DNA of 64,000 nucleotides from Plasmodiophora brassicae (Eukaryota): NCBI GenBank assembly GCA_036867785.1, contig CP145410.1, positions 1,674,001 to 1,738,000 of the forward strand, read 5' to 3'. Shown piece by piece: positions 55,035 to 64,000 of this stretch (position 1 is its first letter; each line of letters starts with the position of its first letter). The notes under the pieces were generated by a model. It saw only the letters and a program-made list of their open reading frames with translations, ran no database searches and was not told where the DNA came from. The position numbers and the translations under genes were made by a program.

Positions 55035-56077
55035 AGTAGTACAATCGCGTTAGAATAGTACAATGTACTAATATAAGGGCACCTGTCTGTACTATTTTAA
55101 TTAGTGCGTGGCGGACTTACCAAGTGCCTACGGACTTCCCCGAGTCTGTTTGTACTGTTCCGGAGCAGCCTAACACCCCCACTGACCCGTGATACATAGC
55201 TGCCGCGATGTCGGGTCCTCCACGTAAACATCCGAAACGATTATATCCCTACCTGGATAAGTTCGAACTTGAGTTCGGATTTCGAGTGACGTCACGGAAC
55301 GAAAGCAGTGGCTCTGTTGAGGCTGTTAGTGTGCCGCTTTTGTGAGTGCTGGGGGCGCGAGGATGCAGATGACGAAGTTGCTGATGGTCGGAAACGAAAG
55401 AAAACGGTGAACCGCAAACATTGGAAGGATATATTCGCAAGAATATGATTGAACAGCACCCTACGAAGGTATGGACTCATGGAATATTCCAATCTCCGTA
55501 ACCTTGACGCCTCGACACCTGAAGTTCTCAGGAATTTCTTCAATCAGACTGCCGTTGAGGTGTTCTTTGAGAAACACAGCACTGTTGTTGGCCGCAAACG
55601 AATCATCACAATCGATAAGATTATTGTCGGCGTGGTCGTTCGCGATGTGTTGCTCCTTCCAGCTGGCAGGACGATTCGGAAAGCGAAGAACCTGCCGGTG
55701 ACACGGGCTTGGTCCGCTTGGATGTATTTGAACCCGACTGTGCAACAGAGGATGACGGCTCAACAACTGTATCCCGTGATGCCAACCACTAGTCGGGTCG
55801 AGGGTGACTTCTCCTTAATGTCCTATCGCCGGAATGCCTATTGCGCCGCCATGACAGATTTCGTTCTGGAAGGAATATTCACGTATGCCAAGCAATACCG
55901 CGCACTCCAGGATGTGGCAAATCGTTTCTAGGGCCTGCTGCATTGATAAACACTAAGCTTAGATCGATTCTAGGGCGTCTACTGTACAGAATTCTGTAGA
56001 TGTACTAGATGTACTATTCTAAGCGTCCCAAGGTGTACTATTTAAGCTAGAATAGTACGAATAGGGCAATGTCCTAC
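55035..56077 (+). mobile_element. Internally deleted hAT-like DNA transposon remnant
   Basis: Frameshifted N-terminus (from 55208) FGFRVTSRN...CRFCECWGRE...RKRKKT; C-terminal PTTSRVEGDFSLM...MTDFVLEGI; TAGAATAGTAC repeats in both AT-rich flanks. Confidence 0.65.
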
Positions 56078-56140
56078 TTTAAAGAGGCCTGCGCATGGGG
56101 GTCGTGCAGATTGCAGTGGCCGCCAGTCACGGAGTTGGGG

Positions 56141-57271
56141 ATGCAGCTCCACCGGGCGCGCCGCCCGCTCCACGTGCTCGTCGGCGGCGGCACCGGCTTC
56201 ATCGGGCGGCACCTCGTCGACCACCTGGCCGGAGCCAAGCACCGCGTCACGATCGTCTCACGGCATGCGCCGCCGGCTCTGGTTGCGCCCATCTCCCATC
56301 GCACCTGGGTCCGCTCGCTCGCGTGCTCACGTCCCCGGCAGCCGCCCCTGACTCCCCCGCGTGCGCGCGCGCGCTCTCAGGACCAGATTCGGGATACCGG
56401 CCTACCGCGCGACGTCGACGTCGTCTGTAATTTCGCCGGCCGCAACGTTCTGGATTTGACGCGTCGATGGACGGCCGCGTTCGAACAGGAATGCCGCGCG
56501 TCGCGCTACGAAACCGCCGCCGCCCTCGTCGACGCCATCGGACGCGCCGACGTCCCGCCTACGACCTTCATCCAGGTTCTTCTTCGTCGTGCCTCGTGAC
56601 CCTGGCTGTGCCGCACCTCACCAGCGCAGGTCAGTGGCATCGGGATCTACCCGCCGCAAACCGAGGAATGCGACCCGTTCAGCGACGAGGACGCCGCCGG
56701 CCGCGGGTACTGGTGCGACTTTGTCAAGGAGTGGGAGCGCTCGGCGACGCTGCCGCCGACGATCAGAACCCGGCCCATCCTGCTGCGGACGGCGGTCGTC
56801 CTCGGGCATGGCGGCGGCGCCCTGGAGCAGATGCTGCCGGCGTTCAAGATGTACCTGGGCGGGCCGATCGGTTCCGGGCAGCAGCCGTTCCCGTGGATCC
56901 ACATGGACGACCTGGTCGCCCTCGTCATGCACCGTACGCGGGCCCCGCGCGTCCACGACGACGATGGCGCCGTCTGACTCGTGTCGCGCACACACACAGT
57001 GATTCGTAACGATTCCGTGTCGGGCCCCGTGATCGCGTCGTCGCCCCGGACGCCCTCGAACCGGGAGTTCGTCCATGCCCTGGGACGCTGGCTGCACCGG
57101 CCGACGCTGTTCGGTGTGCCGACCTCGCTGGTGCGGCTGGTGCTGGGCGCGGTGCGTGCCGAGCTGCTGCTGGAGGCGCCGTGCGTGTACCCGGCGAAAG
57201 CGATCCGGTCCCGGTTCAAGTTCAAGTACCCGGACCTGGACGACGCCCTGGACAACCTGCTGCAGCCGTAG
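56141..57271 (+). CDS. SDR39U1: Epimerase family protein SDR39U1, multi-exon
   Basis: VLVGGGTGFIGR, NFAG.NV...RRW, LGGPIGSGQQPFPWIHMDD, FKFKYPDL. Confidence 0.93.
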
Positions 57272-57314
57272 GCGGGGCGGCTGATAACGCTAGTGAATGT
57301 ACGCATATCGCATG

Positions 57315-58783
57315 TCACCAGACGATGCTGGATGTCAGGTGCTCGGGCAGCCGCATCAGGATCAGCGATCGCAGCGGCCGCAGCTCGCCGGGCTTCAACA
57401 GGTCGAACGACAGCACGAAGTAGGCCAGATGGTAGAACCTCGTATTCAACTGCCGTGTCGAGCCGTGCTCAGACGGGCGCGCATACGTGTGCAGGAGAGG
57501 GACGCACCTCGTTCTCCAGGCCGATTGCCCGTATCCTCTTGAAGTGCCCGTAATAAAGGTGGGCGACGACTCTCCACAACCTCTGCGCGCACAGGTCAGC
57601 TTGACGATTCCCGACAAGGGCAGTACAGCACCTTGAGGATCGTGCACACGATCGATTGAAAGCCTTCCGGGAAGTCGACATCGACAGCAGGGCGCTGGTC
57701 GCCCTCCGTAGTGGGCGGGTCCGGTACGGGGAACAGGGACGTGTTGCTGATCTGGGCGTCGATCCAGGCGAACAGCAGCTTCATGTACTTGGGCGCCGAT
57801 ACCGACACGATCTTGCCCTGCGCGGTTTGCCACTTGTACTCGAAGTGCACGCCGGCGTTCATCGTCGGGCATGTCTCCGGCGTACACAATCGGCTAACGC
57901 GGTTGAAGAACACGAAGATCGTGTTGAAGAAATGAACGGCTAGACGTCAGGAATCAGGTGCCGACGTCGGGGTAGCACACGCGGGCTGCGACCGTACCAT
58001 GCCTGCCTAGCCATCGGTTCTCAGATTCGCCTGCGATGGTGGGACGTCAGAACGGTGGTGCGGACGATGACAGATCTGGGGACGCGCGCACCGTGCGGCA
58101 CTCTGATGTCTTCGTCCCGGAGACGGAACTCCTTCATCGTCTGCAGCAGGCGCCGCTCGCCATCGGACTCGCCGGCATTGCCGGCGCTCCTCGTCACCTT
58201 GTAGAAGCCCATCGACCGTTCGTACCAGAACACCTTGGGCCTCGAATCTAGACCTGTCGTCAGCGACAGGGATACCGCGCGCGTTGCCCGTACAGTAGGC
58301 GCGGAAGGCTGGGCTACGATGCTGCCAGTTGCCGAAGAACTTCTCCCGGGCGGTCATCTGCGGGGCGACCTCGACGGAGACGTCGTCGAGGGACAGCGCC
58401 GCCGGACCGGCGGCCGCCGTTTCAGATGCGGACACCGAATCCGTCGTCGACCGCATGGCTTCGCCGAGGCCGGACGACCCAGTGCCGAGGTGGTCCCGGT
58501 CACGAAGCATGGGCCGGGCAGGGCGACCCTTGATCCGCCCGATGGCCACCGTGGCGCTTTCGATCGTGCGAACGCGCGGCAGCGATGGCCTCCCAGGCGA
58601 CGACGTCGTCGTTGTCGGTTCCGGAACGGGGGCCACGTGAGCGGCGAGCGCTCGCGGACGAAGCGTCTGCGATTGGATACGAGGGCGGGCGGGTTTCGGC
58701 GGTGTCGCGGTCGGCACCGCCTCCTCGACATCGGCGGGGCGCCCTTCGATCACGATCGGGCGGGCGCTATTACACGCACCCAT
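57315..58783 (-). CDS. MOB1/phocein-family kinase activator with a long N-terminal extension
   Basis: CTPETCPTMNAG..FEYKW, SAPKYM..L..WI, LFP, ILK, VVAHLYYGHF, LNT.F.H; starts MGACNS. Confidence 0.88.
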
Positions 58784-58995
58784 TGACGACGACCGAGCGG
58801 CCCAGCGCGATTTGCCCCAAGCACCCTCCACCGGCGGCTACTCGTCACTGGACGCCAGTGCCTCCAGTCGCACCATGACATGGGATCCAGGGGCGCGTGC
58901 GAGTTTGTTGTTCCACCCACCGCGCCCGCCTCCTGAAGCCTATTTTCGACCGACGTTGTTGCTAGTTGCGCTCGTCGCCTCGCCCGGCGCGCAGC

Positions 58996-60341
58996 ATGGA
59001 GGCGGTCTGCGAATGGGTTCGACAGCAAGGCGGGTTCGTGGACCCCCGCCTGCGGTTCGTCGACGACGACGCCCGCGACCCTGCGCGACGATTTCGGCGT
59101 GTCGTCGCGGGGGAGCGCCTGCCCAGCGGGCATGTGTTCCTGCGCGTGCCTAAACGCGCCCTCCTGACGCCGGCCACGACGCGCATCGCGAGGCAATTGC
59201 GCCCAAGGAAGGCAGCAAAGTACTCCCTGAACGCATGGGACAGGCTCATGTAGGCGTGTCGTACCGTGTTATAAGGCAGCCGATTGCTGACGATCACATC
59301 GATGCACAGCCTGGCGCTAATGTACGAGGTGACCGTTGCCGTGTAAAGGTGCTTTGAGGCGCTCCGTCGTACTGATTGCCCCTCCCCGATCAGGATGCGC
59401 ATCGACCGTCGCCTTGGGACGCCTACCTGGACTTCCTGCCGGCGACGCTCCGGACGCCATTGTTCTGGTCTGTGGAGGAGCGCGCCCTGCTCTCAGGCAC
59501 AGCAGCCGAGACACAGTGCGGCTTCGATGCGATTGAAGCCGGGTTTCGCGATCGTATCCTTCCGTTCGTGACGAGGCATCGGTCGCTGTTCCCCGGCGAC
59601 GAGGGTGCCCTCAGGCGATCGTATGAGCGGTTCGGGTCGCTCGTGATGGCGTACAGTTTCTCCATTGTGGACGTCGACGACGACGAATGTGCACCGGTCA
59701 TGGTCCCCGTTGCGGACGCGCTGAACCACGTCACGGGCGCGACCAACGCCAACCTGTTCGATGACGAAGATGACGAGGAGACGATCTCGATGGCCACGAT
59801 CTGCGATGTCGAGCGCGGCGACGAGCTCATCAACACGTACGGCGATGAACTTGGAAACGACACGCTGCTCGTCCGCTACGGATTCGTTGATCGCGTCCCG
59901 AACCGGTTCACTCAGGCTCGGCTGCTTCAGCGACATATCCTGGAAACGATGTCCAGTCCCGGGGTGACGCTGCTGACGAGCAACGGGTTCTGCCTCGACG
60001 AGGAAGTCTTCTTGCGGCGGCCGTCTCTGGACGACGATCTATTGGAACAGCTCCCTTGGGATCTTCGAACTTTGTCGTTGGCGTCCGTGCTTCACACCAC
60101 GTCGCATATCCAGCGCCTAATGGATGATGAGGAACCGTTCGCCCCAGACTCGGGCACCCGCGGCGCCGCCTTCGGCAAGCTGGTGCAGTGCATCGATCGG
60201 CAACTTGCCGGCCGGACTCGTTTCCCGAAACGTGACCATCTGCCTAATGCGACACTCGCCGAAGCTCTCCAGGCAGAGCAGATTGCAATTCTGGACGCTT
60301 GGCGGACAGTACTGGTACAGGAATCGCAAATACAGCAATGA
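58996..60341 (+). CDS. SET-domain lysine methyltransferase (SETD6/RBCMT-like)
   Basis: SPWDAYLDFLP, PLFWS, SLVMAYSF, MVPVADALNH, GDELINTYG, LLVRYGF. Confidence 0.9.
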
Positions 60342-60743
60342 GGACCAGCGGTTGCGCTAAGCGAGGCCAATCGCAGTGGCGCCGTTCTGTGAAATTCTTC
60401 TCGGCGTCACGTGTCTCATGACGAGTGGAAACTCGGATCTGCAGCGGTAGCGTATCTAATTCTCAAGAGGAGATCGGGCAGAGGTGATCGCGTGAGCCTT
60501 GAACGTAGACGACAGGACCCGCCCATGACTAAGCACGAACAATGCCGCCCACCGTCGACGTCGACCGTTGCCATGCTTCCAATCCCCGTATGGTGCGTTG
60601 AATGGATCCAACTCTCCCGTCACGAAGAACGAGTTGTTGCGCTTCTTGCGAGCATCGTTGTATTGTCTTCCGTAATGCTAAGGTTCCCATCTTGAACGCT
60701 GGCGGTTCAGGAATCCCAAGGCGATAGGTGACGCCGGGGCGCT

Positions 60744-61388
60744 CTACGGAACGGCCACGTTTAACGGGGTGTTATCCGCTTTGGGCAGGATATCTTGGAC
60801 GAAATCGGCAATCGATTTCAACGCCCGTTGGTCGGCCGCATTCTGATCGAGTTTCTTCGTGACATGCAATGCGTGATCGCCCCCGTCCATGATCGCGATT
60901 TCCGTCCTGCAATGCAATTCGGAGGCGAGCGTGTTCAACTTGACGATTGGGCACATCTTGTCGCGCGTGCCCTGGACGCACAGGACCGGGATCCGCATCT
61001 GTCGTAATTCACTGTCTCGCGACTTGCCGTTGACACCGATCAGCGGGAACGACAGGCAAATGACGGCCAGGGCGTCGACGCGGTCGCTGGCCATGCAGGC
61101 GACACGGGATCCCATCGATCTGCCGACCATGATAATCGGGCGGGACGGGTACTGCGCCCGCCATCGTTCGAACTCGGCAACCTGTTCGCCGACAAGCGTG
61201 TCCGCGCGCGGCGCCGCTCGTCGCTTACGGCGGACGTCGCCGCCCATAAACGAATAGTTGAACGCCTTCACGTCGCCTATCGTCGACAGCAACGCGATCC
61301 ATTTGGCACAGTCTGCCGATTCGATGCCGGCGCCCGCGCCGTGACTGAACAGGAACAACGGCGGCAACGCGCCTTCCTCGTCCGGCAT
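60744..61388 (-). CDS. Alpha/beta hydrolase, TEX30/KANSL3-like
   Basis: HGAGA, GRSMGSR nucleophile elbow, CLSFPL, VQGTRD, GGDH. Confidence 0.88.
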   Translation of the reverse strand: MPDEEGALPPLFLFSHGAGAGIESADCAKWIALLSTIGDVKAFNYSFMGGDVRRKRRAAPRADTLVGEQVAEFERWRAQYPSRPIIMVGRSMGSRVACMASDRVDALAVICLSFPLIGVNGKSRDSELRQMRIPVLCVQGTRDKMCPIVKLNTLASELHCRTEIAIMDGGDHALHVTKKLDQNAADQRALKSIADFVQDILPKADNTPLNVAVP

Positions 61389-61576
61389 CCTTCGAGTGTG
61401 AACTCGTGGCCGAGAATAACGTCCCGGCCGCCAGCGTAAACTCGGTGTTCGAACCGCCCAGCCAGTGTGCGGCTGAGCACCGCGATCGGTCTCATCGATA
61501 CCGCAAACGGGGACTTCCTCAGTTGCAGCAGGACTACGCGTTGAGCGATACTGTATGTATTCGCTGCTCTTCTACA

Positions 61577-62846
61577 TTAAATCGAAGCGATTTGGATACG
61601 TTGACGGTACCGTCTGCCTAATGGAGGAGGTGAACCCGGAGGCGTCGTCGGCCTGGATGCGCCGCTCGTCGGCTGGGCGTTGTTGCCAAGGGCGTGTTCC
61701 GTCACTGCGACAGGTAGGCTTGAGCAGCCGAGCTCAGATCCGATGATGTCCAGGACGAACTGAAGATCGACCTTGTCTCCGCAGGATCGAAGGTGACGAT
61801 GGACGTGGGCAAGATACCCGTGCTGGTCTTCTGATAGCGCGTTGGGGTCGGACATCCATTCAAGCTTGCTTTGCAGAATCTCCTGCATCGTCGAGGAAAC
61901 CGTCCATGGCAGGCCTCCTGATCCAATGTATCAGAGTTTGGACGTAGTAGGCGGCATACTAGAACGCAGGGACACCTGACTGAATATCCACAAGTGTGAA
62001 CAGGAGCGACCAGAAGTCGTCAACCGGACGGACAGGAAGACCCTCATGCGCTCGAACCTGATCGCGACAATGACCCGCTGGTATGTAACGTTGGGCGTTC
62101 GAAACAGTACCGATGCATAAGTCTTTGTGCCGACGAACATGCCTGTCTGCAGGTTGCCGGGGTCTATCGGGAACGACAGGCCAAAGTCCACTAGAAAGAG
62201 TGCGTCCGGGCTGTGCCGGTTCGGGCAACCGCGACAGAAATTGCCCGGCTTCACATCCCTGTCCAGCACTCAGACAATGCCTCATAGGAGTCATAAGCTC
62301 TCTGGCGGGCTGACGTATCCTACCTGTGAACAAACCCGATGGAATGCAGATCATTCAAGGCGCGGAACGCGTTGTCGGCGAAGTGTAACAGATCGTCCGC
62401 GCTGTAACCATTCTCTGGCGGCTTACGATAGCTAGGTCCCAGTCGCTCCATGACAATTCCTTGAGTACCGAGTTACAGATATGGTCGCCAATGACCCTGG
62501 CCGATCATTACCTCGAAATCCATGTGCTTCATCATGAAAGATCTCTATGACGCGAGCTGCATATTTCGATGTTTGAAGACCTCCTCGAGAAACAACCGGT
62601 AAACAGACCTACAGCAACGTCGAGACGCACCGATAATTCACCTTTCAGGATGATAAACTCGCGTTCTAATGACCCTGATGTGCACGACATTGGTTCTAGC
62701 TTGACAGCGACAGCGTCTCCGTTTGTACTATCCATGGCAGACACGACTGTCGAAAATGCCCCACGTCCAATGACCTCATCGCACAGTCGCCAGCGCTCTG
62801 CCAAAACGGTGCCGGGCGCTGGCCATTCCACATCGTCCTTGGGCAT
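61577..62846 (-). CDS. Casein kinase 1/tau-tubulin kinase family protein kinase, multi-exon
   Basis: IGRGAFSTV, VAVKLE, RDVKPGNF, LVDFGL, FVGTKTYAS, DDFWSL; 3' end uncertain. Confidence 0.88.
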
Positions 62847-63252
62847 TCGCTTAAAATTCACCAGATATTCGCATTCGCGAAAATATCTCGAGCACTAATA
62901 TGCTACCCCGGCAGGTGAACCAACTCGAATTCGGTATAAAACATGTAACAGCTGTGTGGATCCCGAACATGCAAACACGACGAAGTTGTCACACGAGAAC
63001 GGGTCTCGTGGGTGAGGTGCAGCCAAAACGAACGAGCGCGAGCTGTTTGAAGCCACCAGATCCTCTGACAATTCAAACGGCATGCTCGAGCCGCCTGCGT
63101 GAGAAGCGCGCGCGAAACCCAAATAAACTAAACTAAACCGGCATTCCCTTTGATGCCAACGGCAGTGGCAGGCTTGTCGTGTATCAAACATAAATGAAAC
63201 ATAAATATTGCACGAGGCTGTGATGCGGAGTCGGGGAGGAGGACGGGATGCC

Positions 63253-64000
63253 TCACACGCGGGTCATCCCGGCAGCTTTCGCCAGCTGTTTGCCATCGGA
63301 GATATCGATCTTGTTCTCCGCGAGGCGCTTCTCGAGAAAAGCCAGATAGGCGGTGACATGGGCGTTAGGAGACGCCGTCGCATTGCCGCCGCCGGTGACG
63401 CCGGTCGACGATTCTGGTTTCGAGAAATGCATAGTCGCCGTCTTCGTCATAGCGGTGTTCGTCTGCACTTTCACGTTGCCTTTGCCTTGCCAGATCAGCG
63501 TCGCCTTGGGGAAGTAGATCGCCGTCGTGAACGAGATCGAGCACCAGAGAATACCCAGAATGAACAGCGTCGTGTAGATCTGCGGTTGCGCCGGCACCAG
63601 CATCGAGATCAGCGGGAAGATGACACATGAAAAGATCGCCCCGTACAGCCCAAGCGTAATATGGGTCGACTCATTGAAATCGCTCTACAAACGCGTTCAG
63701 AACGGTACAGCACCGAACAGCAACCACATACCGGAGCGTGCCGAGTCTGGAATGCGACGAGCGCGCACGCGAGCAACGGAAGGAATATCGCGACGGCAAC
63801 TGGAACGGCCGTGACCGCATGGATAGGACAAGCCATGGTCTGCGTCACTAACGACCCGGACACTGTCACCTCCAGGTACGGAACGGGAGGATCGGCAACG
63901 GTAACGATCGTCAACATCAGCGCCGCCAGGATCAGTCCGATCACAACCGGGATCAGCAGCTTCTGGTTCGGCAACCTGACCACGTGGATCGATGCGCTGA
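63253..64000 (-). CDS. Class C (GABA-B-like, 7tm_3) GPCR, 3' part; runs off the window
   Basis: Hydrophobic helices, AFQTRHAP(intron).DFNESTHI, and final helix TTAIYFPK typical of family-3 GPCRs. Confidence 0.75.

Overview
Gene-dense, GC-rich eukaryotic genomic DNA with short (about 45-70 nt) GT-AG introns, so many listed ORFs are exon fragments or antisense shadows. The gene content (IFT144, secreted ankyrin and chitin-binding proteins, a class C GPCR) and the compactness suggest a flagellated protist parasite, most plausibly a plasmodiophorid such as Plasmodiophora brassicae (inference, not verified). About 30 host genes are recognisable: APC13, MetE, ARP8, a PPR protein, MED31, a class V aminotransferase, NTAN1, thioredoxin, a nucleotide-sugar transporter, GCN1, DMAP1/SWC4, RRP46, INTS14, WDR19, RPL19, SDR39U1, MOB, SET, TEX30-like, CK1-like and others. 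There are three repeat/transposon islands (about 35.1-39.8 kb, 49.4-51.9 kb and 55.0-56.1 kb). The most interesting items are: a secreted Skp1-like/ankyrin fusion (candidate single-chain SCF-hijacking effector); a protein with ten CCHC knuckles fused to an apparently dead HerA-like ATPase, next to a cluster of palindromes and a 1.2-kb foldback; an intronless orphan ORF bracketed by two hairpins; and an inverted pair of tyrosine-recombinase fragments. All family assignments come from motif recognition by eye; no searches were run.
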